Part shown: in pieces, positions 13,725 through 26,053 of the stretch
How the letters are laid out: each line of letters starts with the position of its first letter
Numbering within the stretch: position 1 is the first letter of the stretch
Assembly (NCBI RefSeq): GCF_009914755.1
Contig: NC_060945.1
Direction: 5' to 3' (one strand)
Origin: the human T2T-CHM13v2.0 reference genome, Homo sapiens
DNA length: 64,000 nt
Position numbers and translations under genes: made by a program
Notes under the pieces: model-generated
The model's database searches: none
What the model was told of the DNA's origin: nothing
The model's input: only the letters and a program-made list of their open reading frames with translations

Positions 13725-16700
13725 CTCTTCAACATTGCAGTGACAGTATTAGATCACTGAGGCAGAAAACTATCAAAGATATTTGGGACCTGAACTCAGC
13801 ACTTGACCAAATGTACTTAACATACATATATAGAATTTTCCACCTAAAAACAACAGAATATATATTCTTCTCATGTTCACATAGTACATACTCTAAAATC
13901 GACCACACAATTGGCCATGAAACAATTCTCAGCAAATTAAAAAAAATAAATAACACCAATCACCCGCTCAGACCACAGCACAATAAAAACAGAAGTCAAT
14001 ACTAAGAACATCAAAACCATACAATTACATGAAATTAAACAACCTGCTCCTTAATGACTTTGGGGTAAACAATGAAATTAAGATAGAAAACAAGAAATTC
14101 TTTGAAACGAATGAGAACAAAAATACAACTTACCAGGATATAGCTAAAGCAGTGTTAAGAGAAAAGTTTTTAGCACTAAAAGCTCACATCAAAAAGTTAG
14201 AAAGATATCAAATAACAACCTAACATGACACCTAGTAGAGCTAGGGAAACAAAAGCAAACCCACCCCAAAGCTAAGAGAAGACAAGAAATAACAAAACAT
14301 CAGAGCTGAACTGAATGAAATTGAGATCTAAATACAAACAAAAGATCAAAAAATCCAGGCAGTTTTTTGAAAGAATAAATAAGATTGATAGACTTCTAGA
14401 ATAATAAGGAAAAAAAGAGAGAAGATCCAAATAAACAAAATCAGAAATGTCAAAGGTACCAGTGACTCCATAGAAATACAAAATCCCTCAAAGACTGCTA
14501 TGAACACCCCTATGCATATAATCTAGAAACCTAGAAGAAATGCATAAATTCCTGGAAATATACAATCTCCTAAGACTGAAACAGGCAGACATTGAATCCC
14601 TGAAAAGGGATTGAATGAGTTACAAAATTGATTCAGTGGCAAAAAGCACACTAACCAGAAAAGGCCCAGGACCACACAGATCCACAACTGAATTCCACCA
14701 GATGTAAAAGAAGAGTTAGCGCCATTCCTACAGAAATTATTCCAAAAAACTGAGGATGAAGGACTTCCCTAACTCATTATATGAGGCCTGCATCATTCTG
14801 ATACCAACACCTGGCAGAGGCACAACAATAAAAAAAGAAAACTTCAGGCCAATATCCTTGATAAACATAGATGCAAAAATCCTCAACAAAATACTAGCAA
14901 ACCAAATCCAGGAACACACCAGAAAGCCAATCCACCATGATCAAGTAGACTTTATCCCTGGGATGCAAGGGTGATTCAACACATACAAATCAATAAATGT
15001 TATTCATTGCATAAAAACAACTAAAACAAAGCCCATATGATCATCTCAATAGAAGCTGAAAATGCTTTTGAAAAAATTCAACATTGTTTCGTGTTAAAAA
15101 CCCATAACAAACTGGCACTGAAGGAACATATCTGAAAATAATAAGAGCCATCTATGACAAACTCAGCCAACAGCATACTGAATGGGCAAAAGCTGGAAGC
15201 AGTTCTCTTAAGGACCAGAACAAGACAAGGAAGCCCACTCTCACCTCTCCTATAGAAGAAAATACTGGAAGTCCTAGCCAGAGCAATCAGGCAAGGGAAA
15301 GAAATAAAATGCATCCAAATAGGAAGAGAGGAAGTCAAACTAACCCTGTTTGCAGATGATACGATTCTATACCTAGAAAAAAACATAGTCTCTGCCCAAA
15401 AGTTTCTAGATCTCATAAACTTCAGAAAAGTTTCAGGATACAAAATCAATGTACAAAAATTTCTGTACACCAACATTTCTATACACCAACATTGCTGCAT
15501 TTCTATACACCAACAATGCCTGGCCTGAAAGCCAAATCAAGAATGCAATCCAATTTACAATAACCACAAAGAGAATAAAATATCTAGGAATACAGCTAAC
15601 TAGGGAGGAGAAAGATCTCTACAATAATTACAAAACACTGCTAAAAGAAATTAGTGATAACAAACAAGTGGAAAAACATTCCATGTACATTAATAGGAAG
15701 TATCTAAATTGTTAAAATGGCCATATTTTCCAAAGCAATTTACAGATTCAATGCTATTACTATCAACCTACCAATGACATTCTTCACAGAATTAGAAAAA
15801 TCTATTTTAAAATTCATAAGAAACCACAAAAGAGCCTGAATAGCCAAGGCAATAGGGCAATAGTAAGCAAAAAACACAAAGCTGGAGGCATCATGTTACT
15901 TGAATTCAAACTGTATTACAGGACTAGAGTAACCAAAACAGCATGGTACTGGTACAAACACAGACACATAGACCAATGGAACAGAATAGAGAAATAATGC
16001 CGCACAAGTACAACCATTTCATCTTCAACAGAACAAAAAAAACAAAAAACAAAAAACAAAAAATAAAAAAACAAGCAATGGGGAAAGGACTCCACATTGA
16101 ATAAATGGTGCTGGATAACTGGCTATTCATACGCAGAAAATTGAAACTGGACACCTACCTTAAAGCACATACAAAAATCAACTCAAGATGTATTAAAGAC
16201 TTAAGTGTAAAACCTAAAACTATTCCCTGAAAAATAACAGGAAATATCATTCTTGTCCTAAAGGCCGTGACAAACATTTTATGATAAAGATATCAAAAGC
16301 AATTGCAACAAAAGCAGTAATTGACAAATATGACCTAATTAAACTAAAGAGCTTCTGCACAGCAAAACAACAACAAACCTCAAAGAGATAACCTACAGAA
16401 ATGGAGAAAATTATTTGTAAACTATGCATGTGACAAAAGTCTAATATCCAGAATCTATAAGGTACTTAAACAAAATAACAAGCAAAAACCAAACAACCCT
16501 ATTAAAAAGTGAACAAAGACATGAACAGACACTTTTCAAAAGAACACATACATATGCCCAACAAGTATGTGAAAAAATGCTCGACATCACTAATCATTAG
16601 AGAAATGCACATCAAAACTACAATGTGATACCTTTTCACACCAGTTAGAATGGCTATTATTAAAAAAATCAAAAATAACATATACTTGTGAAGTTGCAGA

Positions 16701-17359
16701 GAAGGAGGAATGCTTACACACTGCTGGTTGAAATGTAAATTCATTCAGCCATTGTGGAGAACACTGGCAATTTCTCAGAGAACTTAAAACAGAGCTACCA
16801 TTCAACCCTGCAATCCCATTATTGGGTATTGTTCTAACAATGAGGTTATTAGAACATAACAATAATTATAATTCTACAGAAAGACACATGTTCACGTATG
16901 TTCATCACAACACTATTCACAATAGCAAAGACATGGAATCATCCTAAATGCTCATCAGTGGTAGACTGGATAAAGAAAACATAGTCCATATTCACCATGG
17001 AGTTCTATGCAGCCATAAATCAGAATGAAATCATCTCCTTTGCAGTAGCATAGATGGAGCTGGAGGCCATTATTCTAAGTGAACTAATTCAGGAACAAAA
17101 AACCACATGCCACATGTTCTCACTTATAAATGGGAGCTAAACACTGGGTACACATGGATACAAAAAAGGGAACAACAGACACCAAGGCTTACTTGAGGGT
17201 GGAGTGTGGGAAGAGGGTCAGGATGGAAAACCTACCTGTTAGGTATTATGCCATTTACCAGGGTGATGAAATAATCTACATAGCAAACCCTTCTGACATG
17301 CAATTTACCTATGTAACAACCCTGCCCATGTACTCCTGAACTTAAAATTGAAAAAACAA
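13725..17359 (+). mobile_element. 5'-truncated L1 (L1PA15/16-like), decayed ORF2 plus 3' UTR
   Basis: Endonuclease motif SKIDH (ORF 13811); RT motifs [23 protein letters not shown] (ORF 14756) and FADD at 15349-15360; many stops and frameshifts; 3' UTR ends gtaacaaccctgcccatgtactcctgaacttaaaa. Confidence 0.93.
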
Positions 17360-17399
17360 ATTCCTTTCTAATGCTTTAAAACTGGAAACACTTTAAATT

Positions 17400-18060
17400 C
17401 AACAAGAATTTAATTAGAGTTAACTAGTAAATAATAAAAAAAAGATTGAGATAAAAGAGACATTGGTGAGTTTACAAAAACAAATTGAGAGACAAAACAC
17501 TATCATTATAGGAAATCAAATAAATGAAGAAAAAGCTGGAACTCTTACATATATGACAGGGTTAATAGGAAAACAATTACAGTAAATTTGAAGAAAAACT
17601 GAAATAGAAAATTTCCTAAGGTGTAATGCATGAAAGCTTTAGGAATGGCAGGAACTTTAGGTGAAGCTCCAAATAACATCCAACATTTATATAAATAAAT
17701 AAATCAAACAAACAAAAGTTGACATAGAACTTTCAATAATACAAGTTATTCTGTAGAATTCAAGAAGTCCTTAATAAGTAATAAAGAAAAGAAGAGTTCA
17801 TGTGTTTTGGTGGTTGGTAAAGGCAGAAATAAGCATGGCATCAGTTTTCTTCATAGGAGCTTTCAAAGTACCAAGACAACAGAAAAATGTTTACAAAATT
17901 CTCAGGAAAAAATAAAAGAGCATGAACCAAGAATACTATTCTCAGCTAATGCTTAAATAATAAATTAATAAGCAAACATTCTCAATTGCTGAATAACTCA
18001 AACATGGAGAGAGAGACTTCTGAGTGATAAGATTTAGCCAGTTAAGAGAGCAATTCAAAT
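17400..18060 (+). mobile_element. Very old L1M ORF1-like remnant
   Basis: ccaagacaacagaaaaatgtttacaaaattctcagg...aaccaagaatactattctcagctaa resembles L1M ORF1. Confidence 0.45.
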
Positions 18061-18103
18061 TTGAAATTCCCTGAGTTCCCCTCCCAAAAATTGTTCATCA
18101 CCA

Positions 18104-18613
18104 TATCACTTATCCATTGTTTGTAACAAATTACTCCACCACTTAGCAGCCTAAGAAATATCACACATGCATGTTTACCCACTTTCTGTGCATTAAGAAA
18201 ATTGGTATATCTTAGCTGGGTCCTTCACTTTAAAGTTCTCTCAGGCTGCCATCAGAGTACTGGCTGAGAATCCATAATCCAAAAATCCAAAATCTGAAAT
18301 GTTCCAAAATCTGAAACTTTTTGAGTGTCAATGTAATGCCACAAGTGGAGATTTCCACACATAGGTACTTAACAGAAACTTTGTTTTATGCACCAAATTT
18401 TTTAAAATACTGTATAATACTACCTTCAGAGTATGTGTATAAGGTTGATATATTTTAGCTCTGTGTCCCCACATCCTATCACTTTGGGTGTATTCTATCT
18501 GTTTGGAAATAGTCACTAGGTCCAAACCAGCCCTAAAGAAAGGATATTATTTAAGAAAGAGGATATTACAAATAGTGGATCTTTAGGAAGTGTTTTACAA
18601 ATGGCCTTCCATA
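18104..18613 (-). mobile_element. Old MLT1 (F/G/H-type) LTR, interrupted and partly deleted
   Basis: tgtaacaaattactccaccacttagcagc at left; catcctatcactttgggtgtattctat...agtcactaggtcca at right. Confidence 0.65.
18260..18445 (+). mobile_element. Tigger4b (Zombi) 5' half
   Basis: TA followed by ctggctgagaatccataatccaaaaatccaaaatctgaaatgttccaaaatctgaaactttttgagtg...taccttcagagtatgtgtataagg. Confidence 0.8.
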
Positions 18614-21600
18614 ATCTACTGCAGATTCACCATTACATTGAGAACTACTAGAAATCTTAGGTAAAATAATAAAAACAAATCTTTTTGAGGGCATTAGAGA
18701 ATTTTCAATGCATCAAAGAATTGTAGGACTGATATTCCAATGAGAAGGGACACACAGATAATTGAGTTTAATATTCAGCAACATTTTGATGAAAAAATAA
18801 AAAAAAACTAAGCAGAGATTTTCACAAATTGTCAGAGTTAAGAAAAAATATTAACATTCAAGTACCATCTAGGAGGAGAGACTTTGTTTACACACACCAG
18901 ACTTTTAGTTTGCAACTCACAGAACTACATCCTAGGAGTAAGAGAAAGCCACAAGTAGAATGGCCCAGTGTTATAAAATTCTAGTATCTAATACAAATGA
19001 AATAAAAGTTTTGAAGTAAAGGCAAAAGCAAACTTGGAAGATGGAAGTATAATTGGAAAAATAGGTAAAAGCATTTTGATTACAGAACAGGTAATTTTTT
19101 CTCAGTCAAAATTAAACTGCTATGCAGAAACCTCAACTTATTTCAAAAATTATATGTTGAAATATAGGCCAAACTAATCACCTTAGAAATAGACATACAA
19201 AAATATAATTTGGGTGAGTTGCTTCACATAAAAAGAATTTTCTGTATTCTAATAAAAACTGCAATCAAATTCTCATAAACCAAGAAATGTACATAACCAT
19301 TGCAGTTCATTGTGTTAGAAGTTCACTTACACAAAATTTCAGAATAAATGTCTACCTGAATAGTTCGCCTCCATTACGTCCTAACCAGTTTGAATTTTGT
19401 TTTGTACATTTACGCAGTTGTGCTTAAGTATTTATACTGGAAATGCTATAGTGTGTTTTCCTGTTTATATTACGCACATAGACAAGGTGGAGATATATAA
19501 CAAAATCGAGACTTATGTCACCAAAATCTTTGTAAAATACATCAGACATATTCAAAAAAAGAAACAATATTCACTGTCCCACTAAGCACTTCGTACAATT
19601 CATAACTGTCTGAAAATTACAAAATTAAAACTATAATCATGCCATTCAGAGCCATTCAATGTTCATCTTCTCACCTGCAGTGATGGGAGAGAAAAGGAAT
19701 AAGTTCTGTTCAAATGAAACCTAGTTTCATAATTTTGTCATCTAAGCTAACGCTACATAATATCTCAGGAATCTTTCTAAATTATCAGTTTACATTTCTT
19801 CCACTTATAAGTCATATATATAAAATTAGCACCCATGAGGAACAACCACGTGCCAAAAATCTATCCATTTTGCCATAAAGTGTAGTCTTTTTCCAATTCC
19901 CTCTACCAGGATTTTCTGGGATTTCACAAATATGCTTATCTATTTCACATGGTATCTTTATGGCTCACATCAACTGAGCAGCAGTATACTTACTCCACAC
20001 TACAGTCTTTTCCACTTTCTACTGACCACTGCTTGCTGTGTTTTAAATTCTCAGGCCTCCAACATTTACCTCCATGATGCGTTTCCACAAGACTCATCAT
20101 GAATCACCTTTCCCATCCCTTGATTCCTTAAAACTCAGCCATCACTAGATTGTAATTTAAAAACGATGAACAATCAAAGAAAAAACAAACAAATATTTAG
20201 AAATAAATAATAGCATGTCATCATAATGAAGTAAGAATTAGTTATTGTTGGAGCCCATTGACTCATATCATCAGAATCACTTGCTGAACTTCATATTGTG
20301 AAGAAACCTGACCCAAGGCCGCCAACCGGTTGTCCTTGGGAATAGGAGAAAATCCGTTTCCTCCCAGCTGAAGGCCTGCTTTTTCACTCTTTGCTGTCTG
20401 AAGTACTGGAGGATGAAATGTCTATTTTCTCAGAAAAAAATCAAAATCCACTCTCCCCTGCCTCTGCCACCTCAGACTGTGTCTCATATCTGTGCCTCAG
20501 ACATGACCATTCCCTAAACTGCAGGATAGCTTTAAAAGCTGGTTTATTCATACTTACACAGCATTTTTGTTGAGGGGGTAAACAGAAATCTAATTCCATA
20601 TGTTTCTTAGGCTCTTTTATGGTGTTCCTTTAGTGTCATGGGGAGAAAAACTCAGGCTCGCGTTCCCTTTTAATATGGTGTGGATTTCTAACTTCTTGTG
20701 AGCAAAGGCTTCTACAACAACACAAACCCTTCCCTGGAAAGATGATGTTCAAGAATGTATTAGTCTGAGTTTTCCATTCAGAGAAACTGACAAACATAAA
20801 AACAAGCACATCTTTTGTTTAATTCTCAAATGAAGTAGTTTTGAAAATATATCTAATTTATAATAAAATAACTCTTTTGATTATGTCTTTCATTTTCTGA
20901 CCTATAAGAACCCTGGGTTCTTAATGTGTGATGAAGCCTGAATAAATTAGGAGAGTGCCTTGACAAAAACCTGGGACATGACTGCCCAGGTATATACTGT
21001 TATTGCTTTCTATGAAAATAAAATTAGTATCAAATAACTTTAATCTAAGGGAGACTAAAGAAGGTAGACCTCGTATATTGGTAAACATGTAGCCTCAGGT
21101 AACACTGAAAATAACAAAATACTTGGTTTGGGCACTAAAGGGAAAGATAAAATGACTATTTTAAGTATAGACCTGAGATCTTGAACAAATTTATATCCAC
21201 AATCATTGGTTTCTTTGCTAAAAGAGTAGAATTATCACCAGAAAAAAATCCAAGGTATGATGACTCCTTTATCTATTAGGCTATGTGATTTAAAAGGATA
21301 TTGTACATGTTTGGGATCAGTAGAATTTTTGTGGGTTTAGCCAGAGACATGATCAGGCTCTTTCTGTTCTTGTCTTTCCCAACTAATCGTTTGCATCTGA
21401 GGTTTCCACTGATATATGACCTGGTTGGTGTAGTACTGAGAGATCTAGGATTTTATTCCTGTAACTATTCTCAATCTCTCTCAATTTCTGTCTTCGGCTT
21501 TGGAAAGTTTTATAAGCACTAATAGTTGAGTCAAAGGCTTATAGTTATTTATGCAGGATTTTTCATGGCTCTGATGGGTTTTGTTTCAGTAAATAATTGA

Positions 21601-23326
21601 GATTCTGGGTTTTCTGGCCACATAGGAGGGTATGCAAACAGGTCAAAATGAAGGGTAGAAGGAGAGGTAAATAAAGGAGCATAAGACGGGAAAACAAAAA
21701 TTGTGAGAGAAAGGTTATTGGGTTAAGTTTTTCAAATTTTTAATTTGTTTTGGTTAAAATGTCTTTTAAGAAAACAAATGTAAAATATGCATTTTCTTTG
21801 GAACCTTCTTCATACCAAGACAAATAGAAGACAATGGGATGTTTTGCTTCCTTTTGGTCGCCAAATGCCTTTCAAATGGCAAAAGAAAAGATTATGTAAA
21901 AAAAAAAAAAATCCCGAAGATATCACCAGGAGCTTAAATTACCTGGAAAAACTATGACATATAGAAAGAGGCATAGAGAAATGTGGCTTATAATGTGATT
22001 ATGCATCATGAGCACAAGTGTAACCCACAGGACATGCATACTTAGACTGAATCAAACCTCTGAAAGTTTGGTAATAGTTGGCTCTAAGTTTTGTTTCTGC
22101 TTGTTATGTTTGGAGCTTGTAAACTAAGGTCTGCTTGTCTTAAATCCTAAACACAGCAACCTGTGAGTCCCAGGAGAAGGAAAGTCTGCAGGATGGACCT
22201 CTCCCAGAACCACACTCCCACTGACAAAACAAGACTAAACTAAGGAATGTTCTCGAATGTTTTTGATATGGAATTCAAAGGAAAATGTGTCCTGCAGTGA
22301 TGCTGATCTGAGAAGACCGCCTGAACACACTGGCCTGAGGATTGTGCTAAAGAGGAATTTCTTGTTTCCTCTACCAATCCTACTTCTTATAAACTTGTTC
22401 TTAGAGAATTATGACAAAGAAGACAGACAAGCACAAAAAGTAAGATTTTTAGTAATGAGGCAGGTATCCACCAAGAATAAAAATTTTTCTTGGCATGAAA
22501 GTCATGTCAACTCTGACAGTTCAATAGTACTCATATTCATTTGAATAGTCTTAATGTGCTGTGTGGCTGTATACGACTAACTTCTCACATATGACCTATA
22601 CATCCATGATTTATGTAAACAAATGCTTAAAAAAAAGTACCAGAAAGGTACACACTCAAAAAATAAAGATACATACAGCTAGTGTGACAACTGGCAACAA
22701 AGATGGTGATCATAGAAAACTGTCTTCATTTTTGTATTCTGAAATTTGTATTTTAGTAATATTTATATTTTGATGGTGTAATTAAATGTAAATATATATT
22801 TAAATTTACTTTTTCTGGGCTATTATTTCTTTGTACTGTCCTATAGAAGTTATAATTAAACCATGTAGTGAGTAAATTTTTAATTAAAAAATTAATCGTT
22901 CACAAAAATGATTTTTTCTGAACTATCATTATTAATATTCAAACTTAATTATCTAAACTCTATTAAGCCAAATTTTGTAAAAAGCATGTTCAAAATCCAA
23001 AAGCAACACAAATGCTAAAAAGTGACAATTAAAATAGATTTAGTATAGATGTATTTAAATAACAAATATTAAAACTAAGGTTTCAGTCTCATGTGGGCTG
23101 AATGTGGTTTCTCTTAGTAAGTAAATCAAAAGGTTTATAGCTTAATTTTCCAATATCTTTCATGACTCACAGATGTTTCATAGAAACTTTGGTTTGTTTC
23201 CTGATGTGTTAAGTTGGCTATATTATATTTCTTTAAATTAATGTGTATGTATAATATATATGTGTATTTTTATTCTCATATACATTTTAACACATGAGAG
23301 TTTGGGTGTTAATAAAGATTTATATG

Positions 23327-24080
23327 TGCATTGGTTTGCTTTGGCTGCCATAACAAAGTACTTAGTGGCTGTATTAGTCCATTTTCAAGCTGCTGATAAA
23401 GACATACACAGGACTGGGTAATTTACATAGAAAAAGAAGTTTGACGAACACAGAGTTCCACATGGCTGGGGAGGCCTCACAATCATGGCGGAAAGCTAAA
23501 GGCATGTCTCACATGGTGGCAGGAAAGAGAGAAATGAGAGCCAAGTGGAAGAGGTTTCTCCTTATAAAACCATCAGATCTTAGGAGACTTATTCACTACC
23601 ACAAGAACAGTATGGGGGAAACCACTCCCATGACTGAATTATCTCCCACAAAGTCCCTCCCACAACACATGGGAATTATGGGGGCTACAATTCAAGATGA
23701 GATTTGGGTGGGGATAAAGCCAAACCCTATCAGTGGCTTAAACAATAGAATTTGATTTTCTAATAATTCTGGAGGAGAAATTCAAAATCAAGGTGTCACA
23801 GCTTTGTTTTTTCTGACGTCTCCCTCTTTGGCTTGCACATGGCCACCTTCACTGTGTGTCCTTAACTGCTGTTTCTCTGTCTATATGCATCCCTGGTATC
23901 TCTCTTGAATGTCCTAATCTCCTCTTCTTACAAGGACATCAGTTTTATTGTATTAGGGCCTGCTTTGACAGCCTCATTTATAACTTAATTCATTAATGGC
24001 CCTGTCTCCAAATACAGTGCTTCTGATGTACTGGTGGCTAAGGCTTTAATATATTAATTTTGAAATAACCCAAATTCACA
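23327..24080 (-). mobile_element. MLT1A-type LTR, split by a THE1 LTR
   Basis: ggctgccataacaaagtac...gtggcttaaacaatagaa...ctccaaatacagt consensus resumes on both sides of the insert. Confidence 0.85.
23370..23732 (-). mobile_element. THE1B-like solo LTR (MaLR)
   Basis: tgtattagtcc...gccaaaccctatca, 363 bp, perfect 5-bp TSD GTGGC. Confidence 0.93.
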
Positions 24081-24104
24081 CTGGTGTGTTTTAAAAATAT
24101 ATTT

Positions 24105-24393
24105 ACTGGGCATGATGGCCTATAATCCTAGCACTTTGGGAGGCTAAAATGGGAGGACTGCTTGAGTCCAGGAGTTTGAGATCAACCTGGACAACATAGT
24201 AAGACTCCATCTCTGCAAAAAATAAAAATTAAAAGTTAGCCAGGAATGTGGGCATAGTTCTGCAGTCCTAGATACTTGGGAGGCTGAGGTGGGAGGATCA
24301 CTTGAGCCTGGGAATTTGAGGTTGCAGTAAGCCGTGATCATGCTATTGCAGTCAGCCTAGGCAACAGAGTGAGATCTTGTCTCAAAAAAAAAA
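24105..24393 (+). mobile_element. AluJ
   Basis: J-type arms (ggactgcttgagtccaggagtt, ggatcacttgagcctggg) and poly-A. Confidence 0.93.
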
Positions 24394-24746
24394 GATGGAT
24401 AATTATGTAACTAAAATTAAATGTATTCACTGTAGCTCAATTACATAATAGAGGAAAGACATGAAAAAATAATCTGTAATTCCAACACTTTAAAATAGAT
24501 ATAGACAAATATGACATATTTAATGACATAAAATAATGCATTTTGTGGTTATGTAAACAGTGCCCTAGAGTTAATTTTAGGTAATGTACAATGTTTTACT
24601 ACTATATACACATGTGTACATATATGTATCTCTTTCTACAATATGTCTATATATAATTAGTCCATATTTCATATCATTCTTCTTCTAACTTGAAATGTAT
24701 TTATAATTGGCTAATCATTTTTTCACAGTGTAAGAATAATTCATAC

Positions 24747-25123
24747 TGTTAGAATAATTAATTGGGAGACTATTAGACTGACTTGGCTCTAGGTTTTAAC
24801 TTAATCAAATCAAGACCCATTTCAGAATGAACAGTCATAGCCCAGGAAATCAAAACTTAAGTGTAACGAATCAGAAACTACCAACTGCCCTTTAACTAGG
24901 GACTTTCCCAATCAGAAACTGCCAAATAACTTCTAACAAGGGACTTTCCACTGTAATCAATCAAATATTTCCTTTGAACACCTTGTTCCATGAACACCTT
25001 ATAAAAGTTTTTCCTTCACATTCCCTCATGGAGGCCTGGACCACTGTACTGCCTAAATCATCAATAAACATTTGTTCATTTGTAAACACTTTAACATTTT
25101 AATGCACCCATTTTGTTTTAACA
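24747..25123 (+). mobile_element. Solo ERV LTR (LTR47/MER72-like)
   Basis: TG...CA ends (tgttagaataattaattgggag...ttttaaca); TATAAAA 25000-25006; AATAAA 25063-25068. Confidence 0.75.
24869..24950 (+). promoter_or_regulatory. Two 41-bp units, each with an exact NF-kB site GGGACTTTCC
   Basis: Sites at 24899-24908 and 24940-24949, with CCAAT between them. Motif presence only; function untested. Confidence 0.45.
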
Positions 25124-25345
25124 GTTTTTATATCAGCATTGTAGGCATAGCTATTTTATCATATTGAGGTACTACAGCTCTTGAAAGTAGCAAAGAAGTA
25201 AGAATGACACAGTTCATATCAAAAATTAAAGAAGTATGGATACTTTCGTGGGGATCAAAGGAAACTAAAGAAGCGCTTAAAACAATCACAAATGTCGCAG
25301 TGTAAACCATCATGAAGAACTAAATAATTGTTTAATATAGAAACC

Positions 25346-25652
25346 GGCCGGGCGTGGTGGCTCACGCCTCTAATCCCAGCACTTTGGGAGGCTGAGGCGG
25401 ACGGATCACGAGGTCAGGAGATCGAGACCATCCTGGCTAGCACAGTGAAACCCCGTCTCTACTAAAAATACAAAAAAAAAAAAAAATTAGCCGGGTGAGG
25501 TGGTGGGTGCCTGTAGTCCCAACTACTCGGGAGTCTGAGGCAGGAGAATGGCGTGAACCCCAGGGGGCGGAGCCTGCAGTGAGCCGAGATCGCGCCACTG
25601 CACTCCAGCCTGGGCGACAGCGAGACTCCGTCTTAAAAAAAAAAAAAAAAAA
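25346..25652 (+). mobile_element. AluY (AluYe5-like)
   Basis: CpG-rich; Ye-type features gaggtgg, aaccccagggggcggagcctgcag, gggcgacagcgagac; short TSD agaaacc. Confidence 0.93.
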
Positions 25653-25774
25653 GAAACCAACATCATCAGTTCCATCATTGCATACAGAAAGGTGCCATTC
25701 ATCTGGACTTTCCTTGCTGTCCTTGCAGCAACAGCTCCGAATTATACTGCCCTATAAGCCTGAATTACCTAATC

Positions 25775-26053
25775 TCTTTTTTTCTCCTTTCTTTTTAATT
25801 TTAATTTTTATTTTTTTGAGACAGAGCCTCACTTTGTGACCCAGGCTGGATTGCAGTGGCCTGATCTTGGAACACGCCTATAAGCCCAGCTATGCGGGAT
25901 CCCTCGAACCTGGGATCCCGCATAGCTGGGGTTACAGGCATGTGCCACCATGCCTGGCTAATTTTTGTAATTTTAGTAGAGACAGGGTTTCGCCATGTTG
26001 GCCAGGCTGGTCTTGAACTCCTGACCTCAAGTGATCTGCCTGCCTTGGCCTCT
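25775..26053 (-). mobile_element. AluS, 5'-truncated, with internal inversion-duplication
   Basis: Antisense Alu whose right-arm centre is replaced by a fold-back at 25872-25943. Confidence 0.9.

Noticed and set aside
13725-17359. Active L1
   Set aside because: 5'-truncated, lacks ORF1, and ORF2 is broken by many stops and frameshifts.
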